DNA of 63,903 bases, the filler included. It is 4 parts of 4 records of this genome, joined end to end, with 100 filler letters (N's around TTAATTAATTAA, not from the genome) between each part and the next. Parts side by side here need not be neighbours in the genome. Positions count along the whole stretch, not along the records: positions 36,884 to 47,869 come from SRR31156797_1504; positions 47,970 to 63,903 come from SRR31156797_1508; 2 more parts are not named here. The stretch is one strand, 5' to 3'. Made by a program: the position numbers and the translations under genes. The number at the start of each line of letters is the position of its first letter. The stretch's first letter is position 1. Under the pieces are notes generated by a model. That model did no database searches and was not told where the DNA came from. It saw only the letters and a program-made list of their open reading frames with translations. Positions 40,503 through 50,971 of this stretch are shown here, in pieces.

Positions 40503-40922
40503 ATGACTGACGTGTTGCTCTATACCTTCCCACAATGGTTAGTTTTCACCGCACTATTTGGTGTAATTTATGGTTGGATAGAAGAGAAAAAGACCTTTCG
40601 GATGATAGGTATGGCTTTGTTTATTGGTTTGGGAATTTTTTCGATATATGTTTTAGCAACTGACCAGCTAGCACCTGGCAACTTTCTTTCACCTGAAGAA
40701 GTTGCTTCTGAAGAACTTAGTGGCGAAATCATTGACAAAACACCCCTTGAAGCACGATTATTTCCGGCATACCTCATTTTTGTTGTAACCTCTGCTCTTG
40801 CTTTGGTTACTGCGTTGTTAGATTTTACAAATAAAAAAACTTACCGCCTTTTTACTGTTTTAACCGGATTTATATCCTTACTAGGTTTTTTTATTGTTGT
40901 TGGTGCGGTACGTGGATTCTAA
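40503..40922 (+). CDS. Hypothetical membrane protein (about 4 TM)
   Basis: Four hydrophobic segments; fills the intergenic space. Confidence 0.7.
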   Translation: MTDVLLYTFPQWLVFTALFGVIYGWIEEKKTFRMIGMALFIGLGIFSIYVLATDQLAPGNFLSPEEVASEELSGEIIDKTPLEARLFPAYLIFVVTSALALVTALLDFTNKKTYRLFTVLTGFISLLGFFIVVGAVRGF

Positions 40923-41211
40923 TCTAACTTCTATAAAAAACACTCTTAATTTGCTGAGATAAATCTTAACCATTCAATTTTTGGGGGTAATTACAAATTA
41001 ATTAAGCCACTAAATCATATCCGAAACATACGGAATAATACTATCCAGATAAAATGTAAATTTAACTGTAATAAATTATTACAATGTTTGAATATTAATA
41101 CATCCACGATATGGTACAATCTTTAGTTTAATTATTTATCAATTCTCTTTTTTCTCCTCTCAGATCTTCAATAAATTCTTTTAATTTGCGTTTTTAAAGA
41201 AAAACTTTTTC

Positions 41212-42636
41212 ATGAATCAGTTACGTCCGCTAAACATTTATATTTTCTTCCTGCTATTTCTTATTATTCCTCCGGCATATTCTCAAACAATAAATGCGGA
41301 ATTAAACACATTATTAGGATCAAAAGACCAGCTTCCTTTTTGGCTTTGGGCTAACCAACTGGGACGGTATGATATTAACAACAGCGCGACACAACATTTA
41401 GGATTAAACGGGACAAAAGAATGGAAGTTGGGAGCATCGGGTTTTTCAGCTGAAACCGGAGTTAATCTGGATTTACTGTTGGCTGAAAAAAACGCTATAA
41501 GATTCACACAACTGTATGGTGGTCTTAGCTGGAAATTTCTACAGGCAAAATTCGGTGCATTTGCAGACGACGAGATATATGCAGGGCTATCTACTTCCAA
41601 CGGGAACCTGGCTTCTTCGCGAAATGCTCGTCCCCATCCAAAAATAAGAATAGGATTTAATCGTTTTGTTCCCGTTTTTGTGGATTGGTTTGCCATTAAC
41701 GGTTTTTATGAAGAAGGCTTACTGAATGATGACCGGTATGTTGAAAACACCCATTTGCATCGTAAAGCATTTTATTTTCGGATAGGTACCCCGTCTACTT
41801 TTCAATTTACCGGAGGAATGGAGCATTTTGTAATGTGGGGAGGGACACACCCAAAATATGGAGAATTACAAGGTATTGAAGCTTATTGGGATTATATAAA
41901 AGGTAGTGCGGGGGATAGCAATTCACTGAAATCCGACCAATACAACGTAATGGGGAATGGCTATGGAACTTATCAAATAGAACTACAAAAAAACTGGAAA
42001 AACATTGACGTTTGTTTTTATATCAGTCACCCTTACGACGATAAGTCTGGAATAGAACTTTCTAATCTTGAGGATAACCTGTATGGTTTATACTTTAAAA
42101 TAAAAAAAGAAAAGCCCATACTAGAACACCTTGTTTTAGAATACATTTACACCAAAAATCAAAGTGGAGTTTATCACCTGTGCCTTATGGATGACGGACA
42201 GCTCCATGGAAGAGGAAAAGATGACTATTATAACCATGGTGTTTACAATTCGGGAGCTACTTACCACCAAATGGCGATGGTAACTCCATTATTTGGCCCG
42301 GTCATTTTAGAAGAGGGAATAAGTAAAGGTTTTGACAATACTCTTCTCTCCGGAATTCATATTGGAGCTCAAGGATATCTTGCACCGATGTTTCATTGGC
42401 AAACTAAAATTACCTATACCAACAACTTTGGCAAATACATAGGGCAGGAAGGAGAAACTTATTATAGTCCATCGCGAAAACAAGCTTCTGCCCTTGCCCA
42501 AATAGAATGGAATGCTAAGAAACTACCGTTGTCGTTGTGTTTTTCTGTAGCTGTTGACCATGGAAGCCTTTATGATGAAGGAGTATCCACTACCCGACCC
42601 GGGACAGCCCTTTCAATAAGTTATAAGTTATATTAA
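41212..42636 (+). CDS. Capsule assembly Wzi family outer-membrane protein
   Basis: PFWLWANQLG, S.NARP.PK, LHRK, H.VMWGG, DDYYNHGVY, TPLF; located before polysaccharide initiation genes. Confidence 0.78.
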   Translation: MNQLRPLNIYIFFLLFLIIPPAYSQTINAELNTLLGSKDQLPFWLWANQLGRYDINNSATQHLGLNGTKEWKLGASGFSAETGVNLDLLLAEKNAIRFTQLYGGLSWKFLQAKFGAFADDEIYAGLSTSNGNLASSRNARPHPKIRIGFNRFVPVFVDWFAINGFYEEGLLNDDRYVENTHLHRKAFYFRIGTPSTFQFTGGMEHFVMWGGTHPKYGELQGIEAYWDYIKGSAGDSNSLKSDQYNVMGNGYGTYQIELQKNWKNIDVCFYISHPYDDKSGIELSNLEDNLYGLYFKIKKEKPILEHLVLEYIYTKNQSGVYHLCLMDDGQLHGRGKDDYYNHGVYNSGATYHQMAMVTPLFGPVILEEGISKGFDNTLLSGIHIGAQGYLAPMFHWQTKITYTNNFGKYIGQEGETYYSPSRKQASALAQIEWNAKKLPLSLCFSVAVDHGSLYDEGVSTTRPGTALSISYKLY

Positions 42637-42796
42637 TCTAAATTATTTAATAGAATAATGCAGAAGGTTAGTAATAAAACAATAATTTTGTTGAATTGTG
42701 AGATTCAAAGAAACTTAACATTGTAAAATAAAACAGAATCAATAAATGTTAACAAGATAAATTTGAAGTTAAAAACTCCGTCCCAAAAACGTACAT

Positions 42797-44182
42797 ATGA
42801 GAGCAAAAGAAACCGAATTATTATACCTCTATCTAGCAATTGACCTTTTTCTACTTAATTTTGCTTTATTATTTGTTGCCTGGGTTGATCTTGAGATTTC
42901 ATTAAGAAACTATCAGCAAATAAGTGGTTACATATTGCATGGCAACCTGGCATGGATTATTACATATCTTGCTTTTACAAAAAAGAACCTCTTCCTAAGA
43001 GACAAATTCAGAAACAGAGTATGGAGAATTACAAAACGTCATTTTATATTTCTGATTACTGCGGCTGCTCTAGCAATAATTGTAGTACCTCATGTATTTT
43101 CAAGGCGTTTCTTTACAGAATACTCACTGCTGTTCTACCTTGAGAAAATTATATTTTACTGGTTATTTTACAAGGCATTAAGGTATAAACGCGGAAAACG
43201 CATAAACACTACTCAGGCTGCAATTATAGGATGTAACGATACAGGATTCGTTCTAAAAAGAATAATTGAAAGCAATCCAAACTTAGGTTATTCCTTTATT
43301 GGATTTATTTGTTCTCAAAACAAAAAAAACGAAAACTGGATCGGATCTCCGGACAACCTGGAAGAACTAATTACAAAAAACAATATTCACATCATCTTTC
43401 ACACCATATCATTTTTTAACGGTGAAAATGCAGAACAAAAAGGGAAAGAAGTATTAAGAATATGCAATAAAAATGGTGTTCGACTTCGTTTTATTCCTAA
43501 GAACCAACGTTGGTTCCGAAATAGGATGAACATGGAATCGATTGGTGAATTTGTTGTTATAAATCCTCAGGAGATACCACTTGATAATGCAGGTTTTCGT
43601 ATTCAAAAACGACTTTTCGATGTGTTCTTTTCCTTGATGGTTATTCTGTTTTTGTTTAGTTGGCTTGTTCCAATTATCGCTCTACTCATAAAACTAGAAT
43701 CAAAAGGACCTGTATTTTTTAAACAAGAAAGAACCGGAATAAACAATAAAACGTTCATGTGTTGGAAATTCAGGAGCATGAAAGTTAATAACGATGCCCA
43801 TAGTAAACAGGCAACAGCAAATGACGATAGAATAACAAAAATTGGGCAATTCATGCGAAAAACCAATATTGATGAATTCCCTCAATTCTTCAATGTGCTT
43901 TGGGGAAATATGTCAATTGTTGGTCCACGCCCACATATGTTAAAACATACCGATGAATATTCGGCTCTTATAGATCATTACCTGATTCGGCACTATGTAA
44001 AACCCGGAATTACCGGATGGGCACAAGTAAAAGGTTTTAGAGGAGAAACGCGCCATTTAAGTGCCATGGAGCACCGGGTTTCATCAGATATGGAATACAT
44101 TGAGAACTGGAATTTCTTCTGGGATATGAAAATTATCTGGCATACAATATTCGGACGTAGTGCATACCAAAACGCAGGATAA
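42797..44182 (+). CDS. wcaJ: Undecaprenyl-phosphate glucose phosphotransferase (WcaJ family)
   Basis: N-terminal TMs, KRLFD, GPVFFKQER.G, KFRSM, DEFPQFFNVL.G.MSIVGPRP, KPGITGWAQV. Confidence 0.9.
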   Translation: MRAKETELLYLYLAIDLFLLNFALLFVAWVDLEISLRNYQQISGYILHGNLAWIITYLAFTKKNLFLRDKFRNRVWRITKRHFIFLITAAALAIIVVPHVFSRRFFTEYSLLFYLEKIIFYWLFYKALRYKRGKRINTTQAAIIGCNDTGFVLKRIIESNPNLGYSFIGFICSQNKKNENWIGSPDNLEELITKNNIHIIFHTISFFNGENAEQKGKEVLRICNKNGVRLRFIPKNQRWFRNRMNMESIGEFVVINPQEIPLDNAGFRIQKRLFDVFFSLMVILFLFSWLVPIIALLIKLESKGPVFFKQERTGINNKTFMCWKFRSMKVNNDAHSKQATANDDRITKIGQFMRKTNIDEFPQFFNVLWGNMSIVGPRPHMLKHTDEYSALIDHYLIRHYVKPGITGWAQVKGFRGETRHLSAMEHRVSSDMEYIENWNFFWDMKIIWHTIFGRSAYQNAG

Positions 44183-44422
44183 TAGATCAATTCACTTCCA
44201 AATAATTATCCAGAACTAAGTAATTGTTAACTCCGTGATAACTTCTAATCAAATACTTGACATTTTCATATGAATGCATTACATTTGATAGCATTCTGAA
44301 TATTAACCAATAATCTGAAGACCAAAACTCTTGCTTTCAATAATGTTTTGTATTTAAAATAAAGAACTGACAGAATTAAATAAACTTCTGTCGAAATATA
44401 ACCCACTACCAAAATAGACAAT

Positions 44423-45508
44423 ATGGAGTTCTATCTAACACTTTTAGCATTCATCCTGGGATTTGTTTTTTCAAAGACTGCAATTCCTCAGATATTAGTT
44501 GTTGCTAAAAAACTCAAACTTTACGATCCTGTCGATAGCAGGAAGTTGCATAATTCATCGATCACCTCGCTGGGAGGTATTGCCATTTTTATAGGATTAA
44601 CATTAGCCACATTAATTGCTTCAGCAAACATTAATCTTTTAAACCACAAATACATTTTAGCTGCTACTACATTAATGTTTTTTACCGGCTTAAAAGACGA
44701 TCTGATTTCAATCAAGGCACAAAAGAAACTTTTTGTTCAGTTTTTAGCAGCAATAATTTTGGTGTTCCTTGGCGAGTACAGAGTAACATCCTTTAGCGGA
44801 CTTTTAGGCATAAACGAAGTTGGATATTTTACAGGATCCTCAATAAGCATCATATTAATTGTTGTTTTGATTAATGCTTTCAATTTTATTGACGGAATTG
44901 ATGGATTAGCTTCAGGAATTGCAATGTTGGTATTAACTTTATTCGGTGTATGGTTTTTCCTATTAGGTGAATATTCCTATTCTGTTTTTGCGTTGGCTAC
45001 TGTAGGTGCAACTGGTGGCTTTTTTATATACAACATTGCTTCCTCCAAAGACAAAATATTTATGGGTGACTCTGGCTCCCTGGTTATAGGTACAATTGTT
45101 GCTGTTTTCACGATACTTTTTTTAAAGATAAATACTGTTCAAACAAACATATTACATATAACTAATGCCCCTACTATAGCCTTGGCTCTCGTAATTGTAC
45201 CTTTTATCGATACAGCTCGGGTAATAACCATTCGGATTTGGAAACGCCAATCTCCTTTTACACCCGATCGAAATCATATCCATCATAACCTCCTGGAATT
45301 GATTCCTTCTCACTTAAAAGTTACCTTCATCATTATCACAACAAACATACTTCTTATTTCAACATCCATCCTTTTATCTAGTTTACAACTCAACATTAAT
45401 TTGCAATTTCTTATAATTCTTTTCATAGCCGTATTTTTAGCCTGTATCCCTTCTTATTTGGTTAGATCGAAGTCTACCGGCAATAGGATTAATACGGCGA
45501 CAGCCTGA
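44423..45508 (+). CDS. Polytopic phosphoglycosyl transferase (WecA/TagO, glycosyltransferase family 4)
   Basis: RKLH..LGGIAIF, GLKDD, NAFNFIDGIDGL, IFMGDSGS, DRNHIHH. Confidence 0.92.
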   Translation: MEFYLTLLAFILGFVFSKTAIPQILVVAKKLKLYDPVDSRKLHNSSITSLGGIAIFIGLTLATLIASANINLLNHKYILAATTLMFFTGLKDDLISIKAQKKLFVQFLAAIILVFLGEYRVTSFSGLLGINEVGYFTGSSISIILIVVLINAFNFIDGIDGLASGIAMLVLTLFGVWFFLLGEYSYSVFALATVGATGGFFIYNIASSKDKIFMGDSGSLVIGTIVAVFTILFLKINTVQTNILHITNAPTIALALVIVPFIDTARVITIRIWKRQSPFTPDRNHIHHNLLELIPSHLKVTFIIITTNILLISTSILLSSLQLNINLQFLIILFIAVFLACIPSYLVRSKSTGNRINTATA

Positions 45509-45680
45509 TCATGGAGTAACTGTAATTTATGCGAGATTATTATAAACAATAAACGAAGACAAGAACATTATTACGCTACTTTAACAATGAATTTAACGAT
45601 ATTCAAAGAGAAATATATGACTAAAAAAGAAAACATCCATTCACAAACTAACAATGTGCTGTGTTGTTTTTCTAATATCT

Positions 45681-47869
45681 TCAAGAAATCTTAAAAAAGA
45701 GCCTTATTTCCCGAAGTAGTGAAATAATTTCGGTAAACTCAAATTCATCAATTAATCTTTGTAGACTTTCAACCTTGTAACCCAGGTATTTAATTTTGTA
45801 TTCCTCTGCAAAATCCTGTAGTTCTTTGGTAAAATCCTCAAATTCGTCAACAATCATTGATTTTTCACTCTCCAACAATCGTTCTTCAAACCTTGCGTTG
45901 AAATCAACTTTTACCTCGTTTCCTATTTCAGAAGACTTTTCTACTTGCAGTTCTTCCCTATTTCCTTTTTTATTACTTTCAGTATCAATTTTGTGTTTTA
46001 TAAAACGCATCAGCTCCTTAATTAGTGGCGCTCTTTGAACAGGTTTTCGAATATAACCATCAAAACGTTTTAAAATTCTCTGATCTTCGGGTTGCATAGT
46101 AGATGCAGTTAATGCTATAACAGGGCAATCGCAAGTTTCTGAGTCCCTACGTATCAAACTCGTAGCTTCATAGCCATCCATTACAGGCATTTTAATGTCC
46201 ATAAGTATTAAATCGGGTTTCTGATTTTTAGCAATTCTCACAGCTTCTTTACCATTCTCTGCATCATATAATTCAAATTGAAATTCTTCCAGGTATGACT
46301 CCACTAGTTCACGGTTAAATTCAACATCATCAACTATCAGAATCTTTGCAGATTCAAAGCTAACTTTTTGTTTGTTCCAGGTAAAATCTTCTTCTTTTTC
46401 CAAAGAGTTCTCTGAAAATGATACATTCTTTAGCCAAATGCAGAAAACACTTCCTTTCCCTGGTTCGCTTTCAACTGTTATTGTACCATTCATTAACTCG
46501 CAAAGTTTTTTACTTATTGCCAGACCCAGGCCAGTACCTTCAAAATGGCGGGTTGAATCTGAACTTTCCTGGCTAAACGATTCAAAAATATTACCCAGAT
46601 ATTCTTTTGATATCCCAACACCCGTATCAGTTACTGCAATTGAAAAATCAATCGTATCAGTATATTGTTTCACAACCTTCAACTCAATTTTAACATACCC
46701 TTTTGAAGTAAATTTTACAGCATTGCCAATTATATTTAGCAATACTTGCCTAATCCTTATCTCATCAAGAGTAACAACCGAAGGAAATCCTTTTTCGATA
46801 TCTACTATCAGATTAATATTTTTTTCCTTCTTTTTTTGGTCGAATAACTGTACAACTTCGTTTACTAGTTCATATAAATTTACCGGCTGGAAATCAACAT
46901 CTAACCGACCTGCTTCTATTTTCGATAGGTCAAGGATATCGTTTAACAAAGCCAGTAATGTTTGACCGCTACTTAAAATAGTACGTAGGTAGCTTCGGTG
47001 TTTTTCATCGTTTACTTTGTTTAGTAAAACCTCGCTAAAACCAAGTATCGAGTTCATCGGAGTTCTGATTTCATGGCTCATATTCGCTAAAAATTCGGAC
47101 TTGGCTTTATTGGCCATATCGGCATCTTCTTTAGCTGCCAGCAACTGTTTCTCAGTTTCTTTTTGTTTGCTTATATCAACAAAGCTTTCTATAAAATACA
47201 TCTCTCCATCTAACTCAATCTCTGAAACATTTTTAATGATCGGAATTAGCTCATTTTTTGCATTCCGGGCAAAACATTCCACATTAGTTAATTCCATTCC
47301 CTTATCAATAATAGGACACTGGCCAACTTGAGACGGACAGATATATTTGTTACAAATAAAACTGATATAATCCTTTGCACTAATCCCCAGGATTTTCTCC
47401 ACGGCAGGATTTGCATCCACAATCACCCGGTCTTTTTTCCTGACCATAATAATGCCAGACTGTACAGAGTTCATAATTGCTCTTGTTCGTTGATATTCAT
47501 TTTCTAACGTTTTTTGCGAGCGTACAAGTTCTGTAACATCATAAATGTAACCATACCATTCAACCGTTCCATTCTTAAATTTCTGTGGTCTGGCCTCCCC
47601 TTTTATCCATTTCAGAGTATTGTTTCTGTCGTATAAGCGAAACTGTTTTTGCCAAACCGATAAATCTTGCGCCGATTGCAAAATGGATGCATTAAGTCCA
47701 TCAAGATCCTGTTTATGTACAAAATCAAAAAGAACTGCTCCATCTTCTTTTACTTTAACTGCATCAACTCCAAATACTGACTGAATACCATCACTGCAAT
47801 ACGGGAATTTTCGGGATCCATCGGGATTTAACACAAACTGAAAAATCATTCCAGGCACATTTTCCGTCA
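45681..47869 (-). CDS. PAS-domain hybrid sensor histidine kinase / response regulator, N-terminus truncated
   Basis: PAS folds, AKSEFLANMSHEIRTPMN, NAVKFT, DTGVGI, GTGLGL, DIKMPVMDG; frame is open into the gap. Confidence 0.93.
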
Positions 47870-47969
47870 NNNNNNNNNNNNNNNNNNNNNNNNNNNNNNN
47901 NNNNNNNNNNNNNTTAATTAATTAANNNNNNNNNNNNNNNNNNNNNNNNNNNNNNNNNNNNNNNNNNNN
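47870..47969. other. Artificial contig linker
   Basis: 44 N + TTAATTAATTAA + 44 N. Confidence 0.99.
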
Positions 47970-48705
47970 GCACCGGTGCAAACGGCGGCATAACCTCGGT
48001 TTCAGGCAAGGTCTCAAGCAATATATCCAGATCCAACCCTGTTTCCACCCAGTCAGCCAACCGTTGATAGCGGCTCATATCCGGGCCTTCCTGATCAGGG
48101 GTGACAAGTCCAAGATGACGCGACGGAGTCGCAATGGCCTCATCTCGTTTGAGACAGCCAAGGACTGGGACATCCGGCACCAACGACATGGCCTCATGGA
48201 GCAACTCACAATGCGAATCACTGCCCACACGGTTAAAAATAACCCCAGCAATATTTACATCAGGATCAAACCCGGCATACCCGGAAACCAATGCAGCCGC
48301 AGATCTGGCCATGGATCGAGCATCCACAACCAAAATGACGGGCAACCCGAGATTTTTGGACATCTGCGCCGTGGACCCGTGGTCAGCCGTACCGGAGATG
48401 CCGTCGAACAGCCCCATAACGCCTTCAATAATAGCTACGTCACACTCCGCGCCATATCGATTGAAAATATCAGTATTGGTCGAGTCACTCAGCATCCAGC
48501 CATCCAGGTTATGACTGGGAACAGGCTCCCCATTTCGCGCGCATGCCAAAGCATGATGGCCGGGATCAATAAAATCCGGCCCACATTTGAAAGGCTGTAC
48601 GGCCACCCCTTTACGCGCAAGGGACGCCATCAGACCAAGCGAAATCGAGGTCTTGCCGCATCCACTGTGCGTTCCGGCAACAATAAAAGCCTTGAGATTG
48701 CTCAT
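47970..48705 (-). CDS. cbiA: Cobyrinate a,c-diamide synthase, N-terminal fragment
   Basis: AGTHSGCGKT, FKCGPDFIDP, NLD, IEGVMGLFDG, GVIFNRVGS, SRHLGL. Confidence 0.93.
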
Positions 48706-48758
48706 TCGTGTCCTTTGTTCACGGCTCTATCCGCAGAAATATCCAGCGTTATCACTGT

Positions 48759-49529
48759 CTAAATCAGCCCCTTACCCGTCAGATAATCCAGCATTTTCTT
48801 GCCTTCGGGATGGGTCGCATCAAGCGCCATGCACCGGGACACAGCTTCACCGCACTTGGCCCAATCCTTGCGGTCAAAATGGGCACGCGCCAGATTGTAC
48901 CAAAGATTCTCGTCATTATCAGCGAGATCAAGAGCGCGTTTGTAGTAATCCACAGCCTGCCCGGTCAGCTTCTTTTTCCTCAAGGCTATGCCATACTCGT
49001 TAAAAAGATGCTTATGGTCCTCACTAAACGCAGACTCAATCTTGATGATTCTGTCAAAAACCTTTCTGGCCTTATCGTCCTCATCCCGAGCCAACAGGCA
49101 GAGTCCGATACCAAAATTGGCGCGCACGTTCTGTTCATCCAAGTTGAGCGCATTGGCATATTCATATTCAGCAGTAAAATTTTCGCCACGTTTACGAAAC
49201 TTATCTCCACGAGCCACAGATTTCTGGACCTTACGCAGATTGCCAACAACCTCTTTGAACAGTTGTGGCATAGGCAGATAATCAGCCAATAACAAATCCT
49301 TGGTGACCTCTTCAATTTCACCAAACGGCACGTTTTTGTTGTTCAAACCCTGAAGTTCAATCATATCATTTTCTACTTCACGAGCATAGTACAAGGCAGT
49401 CTGCTTGACGCGTCGTGCCGTAGTGCCGGTGCCAATTTTGGCCATCCGTTCAATAGAGAAAACACCCTCAATTGGGCTGACTGGAATCATATTTTTGTAT
49501 CCATAAATTCGTTGAAGTGTTCCGCCCAT
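48759..49529 (-). CDS. Tetratricopeptide repeat protein
   Basis: Helical repeats (RANFGIGLC, FNEYGIALRK, LWYNLARAHF). Confidence 0.85.
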   Translation of the reverse strand: MGGTLQRIYGYKNMIPVSPIEGVFSIERMAKIGTGTTARRVKQTALYYAREVENDMIELQGLNNKNVPFGEIEEVTKDLLLADYLPMPQLFKEVVGNLRKVQKSVARGDKFRKRGENFTAEYEYANALNLDEQNVRANFGIGLCLLARDEDDKARKVFDRIIKIESAFSEDHKHLFNEYGIALRKKKLTGQAVDYYKRALDLADNDENLWYNLARAHFDRKDWAKCGEAVSRCMALDATHPEGKKMLDYLTGKGLI

Positions 49530-49566
49530 CCTTCAAAAACGGCGAGCCATAATACAGTACACGTCT

Positions 49567-50937
49567 TCAGCCTTGTTGAGAAGCCTGCTCCTGAAGCATT
49601 TCCTCAAGAGAAGGGGCACTGCGCAGGACAAGATAGCCTGCAATTCCGGCAATGACAGAAGCCCCAAGAATTGCGACCTTGGCCCCTGTTAACAACACTG
49701 GAGAATCTCCAAAGGCCAATGTCGCAATAAACAATGACATGGTAAAACCAATACCACCGAGCAACCCCGCGCCAATAAAATGTTTGATGTGTATCCCACG
49801 AGGCACACCACCAGACAATTTTAATATCAGCAATACAGCAAGGACAATGCCGATAGGTTTTCCCAGTATCAATCCGAAAGACGTTCCAAGAGCGACTTGG
49901 CTCGAAAGCACTGTCCCCATATCCCCACCAAGAATAACACCAGCATTGGCCAAGGCAAAAATAGGCATGATGGCATAATCAACCAAAGGGTGCAGCCCGT
50001 GCTCCAACCGTTGCAATGGCGTCTGGGCACGGGAAGCAATATATTGCATGGACAGCAACGCTGATTGCATAGCCGAATTTGTCAGCACCGATGCTCCCGG
50101 ACGTACCGAGGCCTTATAATCGTCCAGAATACCTGTGGCATTGTGTGCAAAAGCCGCAGCATCACATTTGGTACGAGCCGGAATCATAAATGCCATGAGT
50201 ACTCCGGCCACTGTGGAATGTACTCCGGACTTGAGGACCGTCAGCCAAACCACAACTCCCACCGCGGCATAAAAAGCGGGAGAACGAATACCCATTCGAT
50301 TTCCTGCAAAGGCGACCAACAAGAACGCAGCAGCTGTCAAAAGGAGCCAAAAAGAAATATCGGAAGTATAAAAAAGCGCAATAACCAGAATTCCACCCAA
50401 ATCATCAACAATGGCCACAGCTGTCAAAAAGATCTTGATCTGATAGGGAATCCGGTCGCCCAACAAACTGAGGATACCAAGAGCAAAAGCGATATCCGTA
50501 GCCATGGGGATAGCCCAGCCGCTCGCAGAATCAGCCCCCCAATTGATTATTATATAAATGGAAGCAGGAACAATCATGCCCCCGATCGCGGCGGCAATAG
50601 GAAGGACAGCCTGACTGCGGGTCGACAATTCACCCACCATAAATTCGCGTTTGATTTCAAGACCGACCACAAAAAAGAACAGGGCCATAAGCCCATCGTT
50701 GACCCACAAAATGACTGGTTTGGATAAGGTGGCGTGGCCGAAGCCTACAGTAAACTTGGTATTCCAAAGGGCAACATATGTATCGGCCCATGGAGAATTG
50801 GCCCAAAGAAGAGCAACTGCGGCGCAAATAATGAGCAATATGCCGCCTGTTGCCTTGGACTTAAAGAACTCCTGAAACGGCAAAAGGACCTGTTCAATGG
50901 GTTCTAATCCACAAACCATGAGTTCTTTGATAGCCAT
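49567..50937 (-). CDS. nhaA: Na+/H+ antiporter NhaA
   Basis: WVNDGLMALFFF.VGLEIKRE, GWAIPMATDIAF, AIVDD, LKSGVHST, GKPIG, GIGFTMSLFI. Confidence 0.97.
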   Translation of the reverse strand: MAIKELMVCGLEPIEQVLLPFQEFFKSKATGGILLIICAAVALLWANSPWADTYVALWNTKFTVGFGHATLSKPVILWVNDGLMALFFFVVGLEIKREFMVGELSTRSQAVLPIAAAIGGMIVPASIYIIINWGADSASGWAIPMATDIAFALGILSLLGDRIPYQIKIFLTAVAIVDDLGGILVIALFYTSDISFWLLLTAAAFLLVAFAGNRMGIRSPAFYAAVGVVVWLTVLKSGVHSTVAGVLMAFMIPARTKCDAAAFAHNATGILDDYKASVRPGASVLTNSAMQSALLSMQYIASRAQTPLQRLEHGLHPLVDYAIMPIFALANAGVILGGDMGTVLSSQVALGTSFGLILGKPIGIVLAVLLILKLSGGVPRGIHIKHFIGAGLLGGIGFTMSLFIATLAFGDSPVLLTGAKVAILGASVIAGIAGYLVLRSAPSLEEMLQEQASQQG

Positions 50938-50971
50938 GGCCCAGCTTCTCCCTTTGAAATTATCGCCCCAA

